Positions 1 through 12,133 of a stretch of DNA of 64,000 nt are shown one piece after another; within the stretch, counting starts at the first letter, position 1; each line of letters begins with the position of its first letter. The notes below the pieces were generated by a model that saw only the letters and a program-made list of their open reading frames with translations, did not search any database and had not been told where the DNA came from. The translations under genes were made by a program, and so were the position numbers. The stretch is from Spirogloea muscicola (taxonomy: Eukaryota). The DNA is taken from assembly GCA_009602725.1 (NCBI GenBank), contig WELB01000026.1, forward strand, positions 900,185-964,184, in the 5' to 3' direction.

Positions 1-255
1 GGCGGCCGTGGCGACGGCGGCGGCGACGCCGCCACGGACTGGTCGTGGGCAAGGGGCCCGGACGGCCTCTGGGAGCGGCGGGAGGTCCCCGCAGCCGCCG
101 CGAGGAGGGAGGCGAGGGGCGACGAGTGGAAGCGCAGCGCGATCCGCTCGCAGTGGCCGGCGCCGCCGCAGGAGCCCCGCGGCGCCGCCGATGCGGCCGA
201 GCCCGGCCGCCGCGGTGGCAGCGACGTCCGCCAGTATGACCGGGACGGGCTCTGG

Positions 256-3200
256 GTGGGCCCCAGCGCGGAGGCCCGAGAGGCGCCGTCTCGCGACGCG
301 GCTGTCCTCGGCTCGCCATCAAGCCGCAGCAGGAGTCCGGCCAGCGGAGCTCGAACCGCTAGCAGCACCAAGGAGACGCCTTTGCGCAGTTACGATGGCC
401 GGAGACGGGCACAGGGCGTCAGCGACTCGCGGCGGAGCCAGCGTGACGATGAGGCGTCGCTGGCCTCGGCCGTCCTCCAGCAGGGCACCCTGCAGTCGCA
501 GTCTCTGCTCGATGGGGTCAGCAGCCCTGGCAGGCTGCTCAACCAGCATTGGGGAGCTCATGCTCCGCTTCCAAGGGCGCCCAATGGCAACAACCACGAC
601 AACAGTTGGGGTTCGGCAGAGGAAGCTGCCGAGGAGCGCAGTCCTAGCAATGCGCACCTGCTAGACAGTCATCTCGATTGCCAGCACTTTGGCAGGTGAG
701 GCCTGGCCCCCGCCCCGCTGAGCTTGTTAACACTTCCTTGCTACCAGGCCAGGAGTCAGGGCTCTAGCACGTAAGCGCTTTGGCTATTGGGGCTTCTCAG
801 TCTTAAGGGTTGCTCAAGGCAGGGCCCAGTGTGCTTTCAGGATGGCACTCCCTGCATGTTTTTGCAGGGAGTGCCCAAAACCCTGAACCTTAAAACCTAA
901 ATCTGTAACTTCTAAACCCCCAACCCTAAAACCCAAACCTCAAGCGAGCTAAAGGGTGTTACTGAGTACCCTCCTTGGAGTCTATTAATGTGAGCCTCAC
1001 TTGACGCACAAATGAAAGGAGGGCAAGTTCCACCAATGTCCTCAGGCTCCTACTGCACGTGGCAGGTGCTCCGGGTGCTCGCTTGAGCGGCGCCTTGATC
1101 AACCGCCGATTCTTGCCGAAGCGCAGGCCTTCTTCCAGCAGCACGGTGTGAGCGACTTCAAGCTGAACACAGGGGATATGGTATGCCTGCATTGCAATCT
1201 CGAGTGCTTCGTCAAGCAATCTCAACCCACTTGCTGTTGAAGCTGCAGCAGGAGGATGCCGCAAGAATGTTTTCAGTTCATGACAGAATTCTGTTCTATG
1301 AGGGGTTTGGGGTGGAGGAAGGGGAGGGTGGAGGGGGAGAGGTAAATGCTTTGAGATATGAGGGTCATTGTATCTGTGTCCAGTGATCAGGAACCATGCT
1401 CTCCTCCCAGCAACCCCTCCCTGCCTGCGGCGGTCTTGCATGCTCTTGCCGCCAGGCTCGAGAAACTTCAGAAGCTGAGGCTTAAGTTGCTGCTGAAGGT
1501 GCTACTTATTGCCTTTCCTTGCCTGATTGGACTCTGGCCACCATTGGCAGTGGGGCTGGAGATGCCGAGCCAAGCTAGCCGTGCGCGGAATGGCAGAGAG
1601 TCCAGATATCGGTCTCTTTGAGGAGGACAGCCATGTTGCGGTTGACATCCCTGGCTGCCGAGGTCTGCAGGACTCCACAATCTGTGGAAATAAGTTAACT
1701 GTCCTCTAGTCCCTGGCAATCTGGCAGATTAGTGACATGATTATTGCTGAAGCTGTTAGTCTAGGTGTCACTATGCTCATTGGTATATCATGGGGACGAC
1801 ATGACCTGCATGTAGCAGCGAAGATATAGGACAGATGTTGCATGTTCTGAGCGACACTCATCCTTCACGTCGTAATGGTTGCCTCTGGTTTCCTCCTATA
1901 ACAGCTCATCATCCAAGTATAAATGCGGCTGTGGAGCTCATTAGAGACAGTAAGCAACTTGACATCCTCTTGAGCAGTGTTCTCCTTGTATTGAAATTCT
2001 GTGTCTTGAGTCCTAACATGATGTGAAGTACTTACTGCACCTAAGATTTCTAAGCTTCTCCATCATCAACTTTGTCTTACTGTCATCCTACATTCCTCAT
2101 GAATCCACACAGGCTGACAGGTCCTTGATTTGTTAGCTGTCAGATATCGTGATTGTTGCAGCGCAAGTGGATGCAGGAGTTCACACTTGCAGCACAAGCT
2201 AAATGCCTTCTTTGCTCTCATGTCACTTACAGCAATCACAGAATTGAAAATCCAGCCGTACAGTGAGGAGACTGGCTTGGGCAGCCTGCGGTACATACAG
2301 GTACTGTCAGGTGCGATATGTATATTGTGGCTTGCGCCTCAAGCTGCATGTTGTTATCAGCAGAGCTGGCAGTACTAGTGCTGAATACACAAAGTGTCAA
2401 CTGCCTTGCCTTGTCGCTTGCAGCTCGTCCTGTCAACATACAACACAGCCATTCCTTTAGCAGAAAGATATGCACAAGGTAAGTCTGTCACGAGGATCTT
2501 CTTACACCAACGTACCTCTGAAGGTTGATCTATGCACGTACGTCAATGTCACTCCTTGGTTACCGTGGAGGTCCATTGGGCGAGGTCCACTGGGCTAGCC
2601 ACGTTGACCTGAGCTAGCACGACCTATCATGTTATAATACGCTTTTCTTTGTGACCTGCATCTCCTCCGGGGTCCTTCCATAGATCATCAGCTGGAGAAC
2701 CACTTGCAGCTTGACATCAAATCTAGGTATGGTTGTTAAGCAAATTCAGAGGCAGCTACTTGTCCTTCTGATTGTTGCCAGCGCCGATGGTCATTCACGG
2801 TGGCAGGGAAAGTCCAGGTTTCACTCGTTTGGCATGCGCGGGATGAGAAAGCTCCCGAGGCTGAGACTCTCCTACCCGCCGCAGAGGTGTGTTCACATGG
2901 GTGCAAGACATTTGCTTTTGCAGCGTTGACAGATGATAGAGAGACAGTTTACCCTTCCTCTGGCAAGTTGTCATAGAACTTATAGCACACGCGGATACTT
3001 CTGGAGGCTTGGTGATCAGCTTCGTGCACTAGTGCCTGACGATGTCCTTCACTCAGTATTGAGGTCTCTTGTTGACGGCGCACCAGGATGGGGTTTTTTC
3101 AGAAATATGTCAAGCATATCTATTGCTTGACGTTGTTGTGATTGGCAACACATTCACCACCTCCACGGCGCACCTGTTGAGAAGCCAATGATGACACATG

Positions 3201-5480
3201 CCTTTGCAGGCTCTGTGGAGAGCTGGCGGCCCAAGGAGCCGGCGGCCCCTTCTGCACTCTGTCTGGGCCAACTTCCAAACCAGCAAGAGCAATGTGCGTT
3301 GCAAGACTGCTGCAGCGCCTGCGCCGCTTCTTACCCCTGTGGAGTCTCTTGGTGAGAACAGTCTCTGATGCTAAGTGCTTGTGGGAGTCTTGGACTGCCA
3401 GGTGATTCTTGGGGGCAGATGGAGGCATCTGAAGGGCGCGACAGAGTTCTGGGAGCAAGTCGGCGGAGCAGATGTCTGCTTCACCCCTGGAAGCTTTGGC
3501 CAGGCCAACTACCAGGTGCTATATGTAGAACATGAGCTGCGGGCATGGTGGACATCTTCAGAATATGCTACTTAGTGGAGTATGACGAATTCCTTTTGAT
3601 TGAGCTTATGTTCTGAGCTTCTCTTGTTGTCATGACTCCAATGCTTGCAGGTAGGCTGTGAGATTTTCTTTTGTTATGAGCTTGCAGTCCGAGATTTCTC
3701 TAACAGCCCACAAATATGTGCAGGCATTCGAGGCTCTCTTACATAGGCTGCACAGGAGTGTTCCACGAGAGAGTTCTGTCACCGAGCTTTATGCAGGAGT
3801 TGGAGCAATTGGCCTCAGCCTTGCTGTCTCGCGCACATGCAGGTCTTTGCACCCATCTCAATCATATCACACAGCTTGTGCAAGATCAAGTCTTACCGTT
3901 AGATATCTTTACCTTCTCTAAGTTACATACTCAGAAAGCTCCAGGGGCTTTCTCTATTGCACTATTGAGCCTGATGTTGAGCTTGCAAAGCAGGCGTGTT
4001 AGGTGCGTGGAGGTAAACAAGCTTGCACAGGCTCCATTCGAGCTCTCGCTGAGGCGATTACCTCCCTCAACCTCCATCGACGTCAGCTGGCACTGTGCGG
4101 ACGTTGCTGTGGTACGGAACTTCAGAAATATGCACATTCTTGCGATAGGCTGGGTAAAGAGCTTGCATGCAGAGGCATCCACGCCAATAGTGACTGCATA
4201 TCACACTATTGCATTTCTTAACGCATACCATGTCTGCCATGCCTCATTGTGCTACTTCAATACCAAGTTCTTGTCTGCTTTGTCCATCCAGGCTCCCATG
4301 AAGTGGCTGGAAGGCGCAGAGGTCGTTGTGGTGGACCCTCCTCGGAAAGGGCTGGACGCAGCGGTTGTTGACGCTCTGCGCCTGGCTGCCATCCGTGGGC
4401 TGAGGAAAGCAAAGATCCCGTCCCCTCAGGCAAAGGAAAAGTGAGTCGTGAGCGCGGAACTCACTTTGGCACGATCGGTCATTACTAGAGCTTCTGTCAG
4501 TGCTTAATACGTGTCAGGTGATCCAACAGGAGTTGTACAAAGTTGCATAATTGACATGGCTGAGATCGTTCAGCAGCATTCTAGGGAGGAAGCTTCATCT
4601 TGTTGAGAAGATTAGGGCCTCGTTTTTTCGACCAACCGACTAGATAGATAAGGATAGATACTATATCCAGTTGTCCTATCCACACCTTCATATGCTCACG
4701 CCTGCTCCGTTCACTATGATTCAGAGTGGAAAAGAGGCCGTGGATGATCAGAGCGGACAGGTCTCGGGTTGCTGCTGGGGCCAGCGATGACCACGAGTGG
4801 GGAGACATCTGGCCCTCCACTCTGATCTATGTCAGCTGTGGTTTCCAGGCCTTTCAGCGGGTAACAAAGTGCTATTGGCATTCTGCTAGAACATGTCAGA
4901 GGACACATGGTATTGGAGTAGTAAGGTATTGGCGCAGTCCTGATTCGAGGCCTGGTTTGTGTCCAATTGCCGGGGAGGAGACGATGAGGATGCATCCTCA
5001 TGTGCGGTTAATTGTCAATTGGTTGAGATCAACATCGCTGTTCAGCAGGTCTAGAAGCAAGACTGCAGCGTGGAGCTTGCTTGTGACAATCAGTGTTAAC
5101 GGCTTATGCTGACAGCAACAGCAATCTTGCGCAGGACTGTGAGCTGCTAACAGCCGGCGGCGCCTGGCACCTCGACAATGCCAGGGCCTTCCACTTTTTC
5201 CCGGGCACTGACAGGTCCCGGGCACTGACATCCTAACTGGAGATAATTGCACGCCATTAGCCGTCAGCTTCCCGCTTACTTATGTAAGTTCTGATGTGCA
5301 GCCTCTTTTTTTGTTGGCTGCAGTATGGAGATCCTGGCTGTGTTCAAGAGCGGGAAGCAGCTCAAGCAGTCCAAGCTGGCCAAGACTGTTGGCAGCAAGA
5401 AGCTCCGCAAAGAAGGCACATCGGGCACACGTCGTGTGGGGCAGCGCCCAAGAGACTCAATGTTGTTGGCAGCACTGTGA
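256..5480 (+). CDS. TrmA/RlmD-family (uracil-C5) RNA methyltransferase, about 15 exons, probably organellar; true start uncertain and may lie further 5'
   Basis: GT-AG exons splice to LDCQHFGR|CSGCSL (Fe-S Cys motif), WGWRCRAKLAVRG, FTPGSFGQANYQ, ELYAGVGAIGL (SAM motif I), VVVDPPRKGL, LIYVSCG (catalytic Cys) and FFPGTD|SMEILAVF; stop TGA near 5480. Confidence 0.9.
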
Positions 5481-5778
5481 CTGCCTGTCAATTCAGCTTC
5501 ATTGCAAATATAGCTAAATGCTAATGCGTTGGTGTTGGGAAGACTTGATCAGGGCACACTGTCGTTGGACAGCTCTACAGCCTGTGCACAGGGGCGCAGA
5601 CGGCCACAGTAGGCAGAAAGAAAACACAATCTGGAGCAGTATGTCCTGGCCTTGACTAATGCAAGTTCAGAAGGAGCTGAGAGTACAGGAGTGGATTGGA
5701 TGCCATTGCTGATCTGAAAGATTCTCCACAATGTGGCTCTTCTTTAAAGGCAGAGTCAACCGAGAGTCAATAAATGAT

Positions 5779-7332
5779 TCACTTGCCGTGGCTCCTGGGG
5801 CTTACATTTGGCACCAGCTGGCGGCTGCCAGCCGAGGAAAAGCTCCCGACGACCTGCGAGTGGGGCAGCTTGGCATCGCCACGCACCATGGCCGCCAGAT
5901 TGTCATTCAGCACTGAGCGTGGGAGGCGGCCGACGACGTAGCCCTGCTCGTCGCCCTTGGCGTCAAGGAATGCAAAATGGGGAATGCCCTCCACACCGAA
6001 TTCGTCAAGCTCCGCGTCCCACTTGGAGTTGTCCACGTTGAGCATCACAAAGTTCACGCGGTCCCTGCATGTTGCCGGTGCAGAATGGACTGCCTGCAGC
6101 TCAGACGAGGTTCATGCCATGGACAATTATCCTGTAGCTACTGGCACAGCAACCTTTACAGAAAGCAAAGAGGCAATGGCAGCAACAGCCGCACCGCAAG
6201 GTCGAACAGGGAGACGGCAGCAAGCGTAGCTGCACCAACCTGTACTCCTCCTCGGCGCTGCCGACCTCGCGGGCCATCTCCTTGCAGACCTCGCACCAGT
6301 CGGCATAAAACTCAACCACAGTAGGGCGCCCGTTCGCCAGCGCCTGCATAGTGCTCACTAGTTAGGAACCAGAGCTGAGATCGGGCAAAGCTTCCCGTAG
6401 CTGTGCTGCTGGCCACCAACGACTGAGAAGCATGGGTGATTCACAACTAGTGCGTGCTGGCCAAGCTGTCCCTTTGCTCGGGGACACAGTCGACGGTCAA
6501 GTCCTCCACAAGCTCTCGACACAAGCGCAGGTGGTAGATGACATCAGTTTAGCTGCCGAGAGCCAGGTGCAGGGCTTGGCTGAGCCGGGGTGGGGAAGGG
6601 TAATTGGCTGCTGGAGGAGACGGAACCTCGTCGTATGGCGTGGCCTGCACGGCCAGCGAGGCGAGCGTGGCGGTGGGTGCCGCCAGCCTCGTGCTGAGGA
6701 AGAGCCCCACAGCAGCCGCCACAGACGCCACGGCGAGGCCCCGGCGGCCGCTGCTCTGGCCGTCTTCCACTCCAGCACCAGCCGCCGACGAGGCCACGCC
6801 GCCGGCGGCGACGCCAGAAGGCTCGCTGTGGCACGCCGGCTGTGCGACCTGCACCCGAACCGGTGCCCACAACCAATCCACCAGCAGAACCACGCAAGTG
6901 GAGGTCGATGGCCTCTCAGCATTAGAGCCCCTCAGCATTGGCGCGCCGTCACTGTGGAGGCGACGTGAGCGGCGTGCAGACTCCAGCAACTAGGCACAGG
7001 GTGATCGGCGCTGGAGGCTGGCAGAGGAGCCGTCGCGGCGGGCCCTGGCGGGGAAGCCCAGTACCTCGCCGTGCTGAGCCGCCTCCGTCTCTGCCGTCGC
7101 GCCGGCGTCCTCCCCGCCCGCCACATGCGCCGGCGCCGCCGACGGCGGGCCCTCCCGCCGCGAGTCTCCGGCGCGGGCCGCGCCGAGTGCCGCCCTGGCT
7201 TTGACCTCCCTGGGCGCCGGGCGTCCGCGAGCGCGGCTCCAGCAACCACTGGCACAGGCCGAGGAAGGGCGACGACGGGCGCACGTCGGGCCCCACGAGG
7301 CCGGCCTCTGCGGCGCGCGGCCCGCAGCCGAC
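5779..7332 (-). CDS. HCF164: Thylakoid thioredoxin-like protein HCF164 (multi-exon; 5' end runs into the N gap)
   Basis: TM segment followed by [29 protein letters not shown] (WCEVC active site) and [31 protein letters not shown]. Confidence 0.9.
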
Positions 7333-7409
7333 NNNNNNNNNNNNNNNNNNNNNNNNNNNNNNNNNNNNNNNNNNNNNNNNNNNNNNNNNNNNNNNNNNNN
7401 NNNNNNNNN
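7333..7409. other. Assembly gap (N run)
   Basis: Run of n bases. Confidence 1.
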
Positions 7410-7890
7410 TCTGGCCCCTTCGAACCTTGTCAATTCTTTTCGGGCTGGCTTCTCACAGCCCTTGCCCCCATTGGGAGAGCCACTTCTTCAGGCCCCGCAG
7501 TCGCTGCTTAGCTCGTAGTTTGGCCCCTTCGAACCTTGTCAATTCTTTTCGGGCTGGCTTCTCACAGCCCTTGCCCCCATTGGGAGAGCCACTTCTTCTT
7601 CTTGTCAGTTCATGTCGGGCTGGCTGCTCACAGCCCCTGCCCCCCATTGGGAGAGCCACTTTCTTTGGAACAAGCAAACCGAGACACAAACCGACCTTTA
7701 CAGCCCTGCTTCGTCTCTTTTTCCCCCTCGGCTTATGCGACTTCCCATCGCTCACACGGGGGTACTACTGGCGCCCCGTCTCCCCAGCCTGCCTGTGGCT
7801 CCGCCAACATGGTCACGAACGCCCGCGCGCCATGCACCTGGCTGGCTTCCACTGCCGCTCCTTCAACATCAGCAGCCGTAGTCTTTCGCC
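7410..7890 (+). mobile_element. Stacked 3'-end remnants of a CRE-like non-LTR retrotransposon (three hairpin units plus LTRGY/3'UTR unit)
   Basis: Near-identical to 41130-41230 and to the reverse complement of 62680-62790; CTCACACGGGGGTAC...GCCTGTGGCTCCG matches the unit at 62410-62530 (-). Confidence 0.75.
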
Positions 7891-7901
7891 AGCCGCAGGG
7901 C

Positions 7902-7919
7902 ATGGCGTTGGCCGCCGAT

Positions 7920-7951
<32 letters not shown>

Positions 7952-9612
7952 TGGCCCGCCAAGCGAGTACGTCGTCGCGGCGGCGCGCCTGGACGTCTTC
8001 GACTCCGTGGCCTGCGCCGCGCTCGCCACGCAGGCCTGGCGCGGCCGCCGCCTCCTCGCCCCGGCGCCGCCGCCCTCCCCGGCCAGGTCCGGCCGCGGCA
8101 ACGGGACGTCGTGGGATATACCGCGGCGCGGACGCCTCGGCTGACGCCGGGATCCCGCTTGCGCAGCCATGGCGGCGGCGCCGTCTCGGTCCTCTTGTGC
8201 GAAGATGGCTACCCCGGGTGGATTACCCAGGAGGCCGCCGCGGGCCTACGCCCCGCGCCTGACGGCTGCGAGGAGCCGGCCGCCGACGGCGAGGGCCTGG
8301 CGGCGGGCTCTGCCCGCCGGGCCGCCGTGCTCTTTGCGCTGGCGGCCCTGGCAGCCCGCAACCTCTACCTGTGGGGCGGCACTGTGGGCCCTGACTATGA
8401 CTGCAGCGGCCTCAGTAAGGCTTCCCCGCCTCCCCTCCTTCCATTGTGGCGCTCCCGCCGTATTCACTCTGCTGCGCTCATCGCCGGCCCTTGCAACACG
8501 GCCGCACGGGCGCCCAGGTCGCCGAGCAAGAAAACGCAGTTATTGAGCTTCTTATGACAAGGCTCCGGCGTCAGACCAAGTTGTCAGCCACTGGAATTTC
8601 AGCCATGACGACGTATTGACCGATCGTCGCATTATGAAGACTGCCGCATGATCTCTCGGAATGTGCAGTGCAACGGGCGTTTGCTTCCGCTGGAGTCTGG
8701 ATCCCCAGGGATGCGTATCAACAGGTGAGTGGCCTGGCTACCGCATCACACCACTTCTCAGAGATCGTGGTAAGGATTGGGGCCCCAGAAGTGGGCCTGA
8801 GACGGGAGGGACTGAAGTACAAAGCAGGTGTAGTGAGACGGAGGAAAGTAGCTGGCTGCTTACGGCATGGGTGGGAAATCTGTCCTCGCAACTGCGGGGG
8901 CCACAGCCAAGCCATCAGGAAGGTGCATGTTCCGGCGAAGTGTTTGTCTTAGATGAAGGCTTCGTGGTGGCAGGAAGCGTTTCTCGACCCCGTGGCGAGG
9001 CAAGATGTCCAGCCTGGGGATCTGGTGAGCCAAATGCATCAGGGTCCTGCTTGTCCTGCAAGGCTTCGCTTGGCGGCGGACGAGGATCAGTGGGGAGTCC
9101 TGCACCTGAAATGCATGACAATGTTTCTTGAAGCTGCCAAAGTAAGGCCTTGGCAGAGTCCAACCGGACAGCTAGCAAGGGTTCTTACCTTGCTTGCTGG
9201 AGCTTGCTGGAGCTGGCGAGTGAGGCATGTGGACATGCATTTCCCCTATTGGCATTTCTAGATCTTCTTTGGTCGAGGGAAGGCGACGCACGTGGGCCTG
9301 TGCAGCGCAGTAGAGCGGGGTACTCAAGCTGCTGAGTCTGCACCTCTCCAAGTCAACCTACCGGAAGCAGCACCCAACAGAGCGAAAAGCAGCGGCACGG
9401 GTGTGTGCAACAACAACGAGGTCATTATGTATGTACATAGCTCCAGTGCCGAGTATGGCCATGGGAAGATTGCTGTAGATTCTCTGACAGCTGACGGTGG
9501 CACGGTTGCCAGACACTATTTCAGCATGCTGCGGGGGTTTGGCAGGGTGACATCCTCGCTCAAGTCGTCATGCTTGGCTCTGGCAAATGCCAGCACAACA
9601 GCAAGGACTTAG
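7902..9612 (+). CDS. SH3b + NlpC/P60 (C40) gamma-D-glutamyl-diamino acid peptidoglycan endopeptidase, cyanobacterial type, 5 exons; alternative in-frame ATG at 7809
   Basis: Spliced product: EYVVAAARLDVFDSVACAALATQA...VLLCEDGYPGWI...YLWGGTVGPDYDCSGLMQRAFASAGVWIPRDAYQQEAF...PGDLIFFGRGKATHVGL...YVHSS...LRGFGRV; Cys/His/His triad intact; exons about 7902-8086, 8167-8414, 8670-8724, 8974-9023, 9262-9612. Confidence 0.92.
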
Positions 9613-10613
9613 TTGATATTAACATACAGCCTGCGTGCTCAAGAACATCACACGGCTTCAGCAAGTGGCTGCCATTGATTAACTCAAGCCAGCCGGCCCA
9701 ACAGCAATTACCAGTATGAGCACGTACTTCATGGATTAGGACTCTGAGAAGACGCAGTCTTTCAGTAGACAGCCCCTTCAGATTGTATATACCAAGAAGG
9801 GTTTGCAAATGGCGGAGGCTGTGGCTGGCCTGTGGCTTGCCGAGTGACAATTGATAAGGCAGACATGCAGTCTACCAAATGAAGCTAGATAATTCAGATA
9901 TATCAACAAGGGCGATCTTGGACAACATGGTTTACTAGGGACGACATGGCAAGTGCTCATGATAATTCAGGGATGGTTAACCGAAGTGGAGTCAATTCTG
10001 GTAGTTTGCTTGGCGTTTCAAGGATGCGTAGACAAACACATCAACAGAGTGTGGGACTCTGAACGTCAAAGACAGCTCAAGTTGCCAACTTGACATTAAT
10101 TCCAATCATTGAAACCACTTAGCAAGGCTGCTTGCTTAAAGTACCCGTGTGAGTGAGTGCCAATGCAACTTGGCCATGGGCACTGTTTGACAGACCAGGT
10201 GAGTCCTTGATCAGACTAGTTGAGTCCTTGATCAGGAGCAGTCAGACGGTTGTCGCTGGCAGTGATGCAAGTTATGTCATAGACAAGGGGACTGTGTAAC
10301 TAGAAGCAGGCAGCGGGCTAGCGTGCAAGCCCTATCTGCTGGCACGAGTTCCCGATTCAAATGAGCCCATCCAAGCATCTCATCAAAGCCAAGTGAGGCA
10401 TTGCTAGGGGTGATGAATGTCCTAAGGTCATGCAACGGAAGCTTGACTACTAGCTGGCAGGTAGTTCATGAGAATGTCATTTGCGCAGCAAAGTGCCTTG
10501 TCACGGGAATAAAAAGAGGTCTACGAGTGCTGGAAGGAGTCGTGTGACGAGTCTCCTCACGGAGAATCTGCAGGATTGAATGAAGGATCCACGCGCGAAG
10601 CAATGGGTGGAGT

Positions 10614-12133
10614 TTATTGGACAAACATCCCAAGCCTTCTATAAGCGGCCTTCACTGCATCATGCGCGTCTGAATCATCGGCGACAGCTGCAGGCAGGAC
10701 CGCAGGGCCTACCCAGGCGCCAGCGTCAAAGCGTGCATACTTGCAATCGGCTTTGAGGATGCCGGACACGACATAGTCATCAGGCGTGCCCTCCAAGTAA
10801 CCATCGCCGTTGAGCCCCTCTACCTGCCAGACTTGGAGAACGGGGCTCCACGCCTTGGTGTATGAAAACGTGCGGCTCTTCTGTCCAGGCCGGAAAGACT
10901 GGCCAAGCACGCCATGCGTGTCGCTCGAGAGACCGGGCACGGAGAGGAGCTCCAACGAGAAGTGAATGTACGAGTCCTGGGACGTACGTAAGAACGGCAC
11001 CTCTGGTCGGAGCTTGAGCAGGAGCTCGGCTACGCCGGCGATGCGAACCTCATAGCGGTCGATGTCGTCGTCACCGTCCAAGCCGTGGTCGATATAGCGC
11101 ACTGACAGCGCCCCGTCCGCTGTTGCAGAAGAGGTCCCAATGTCCAGCTTCAGCTCGGCATCGTCGATTGCCATGCTCTGTAGGTAACCATTGCTGCGTT
11201 CGCTGTTGGGGGAATCCCTGGCAACAAGGACGACAGAGTGGTGACCGGAGAGGATGGCAAGCTGCTTCATCCAGGTGTATGTGTTGCCACCGTCTTCCCG
11301 GCCTTCAAAGCGTGTGTTGATGTGCAGCCGCTTGTCGCTGAGCAGGCAGTAGTCCCGGCCGGGCTTGCCTGCGCATAAAGCTCATCCAGACGTCCCGTCA
11401 CGCTGGGCCAAGACGACCAGCAGTACCGCATGCTGAGCCATAGCGGCAGAGTGACGAGAAAGGCAGCTCAAATCCACAGGCGGAATCAAGGCGGCAGTCA
11501 GCGAGGATGTGGACCACATCAACCAAGTCGGAGAAAGCGTCCTCCATGCAGTCCTTGCGCAAAGAGGCTACGAGAATGACGCATGACAGCGGGCTCACCA
11601 GTAAAGTCGAAGTTGACGCCGTCGGCACCGTGGAAGTGAGGGTCGCCCTTGCCGCCGGGCCCCACTGGGCAGGCCGACGGAAGCGTCTGCGGCTCGAGGC
11701 AGAAATCGCCGACGGGGTAATTGTGGCCTGCGACGACGCGGTAGTCGCCCGTCGTCTCTTCGACGATGAGCTTGCCGAGCTCCCCGTTGTTGCAGGGCCC
11801 CACCATGGAGCAGGAGCTGCCCGGGGGCCCCGGCAGGAGGTGCACATAGCAGCCGCCGAAGGCCGGGTCCTTGACATTGCCGGCCCGGAACTCGAAGTTG
11901 AAGGCGCCAAGCTCGTTCGTGGCACCGCTGAAGCACCCGCTCGTCGTGTTGCCGTGGATGCAGAACACCTCCACCGTCGTGTTGCCGGCCGGCCCGTCGC
12001 CGCTGCCCGCGTCGAAGCGCCCTTCGTGGCACTCGTCGCAGAACACGCGGCCGCTGACGTACCAGGCGCTCGCGCTGGGCGCGAGCGCCGCCGCGAGGAG
12101 GATGGCCACACTGATGGCCGCTGCCCACGCCAT
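10614..12133 (-). CDS. Secreted root-cap/LEA-related (vWD-like) protein with N-terminal Pollen Ole e1-like domain, 2 exons
   Basis: Signal peptide MAWAAAISVAILLAAALAPSASA; YVSGRVFCDEC; GDPHFHGADGVNFDFTG|KPGRDYCLLSDKRLHIN; TWMKQLAIL; LSSDTHGVLGQSFRP; DCKYARF. Confidence 0.8.

Noticed and set aside
7410..7660. Repeated units resembling a CRISPR array
   Set aside because: Eukaryotic context, no cas genes, no unique spacers; the units are dispersed retroelement fragments
9262..9300. Suspected frameshift in the last NlpC/P60 exon
   Set aside because: Re-reading gives the in-frame sequence IFFGRGKATHVGL
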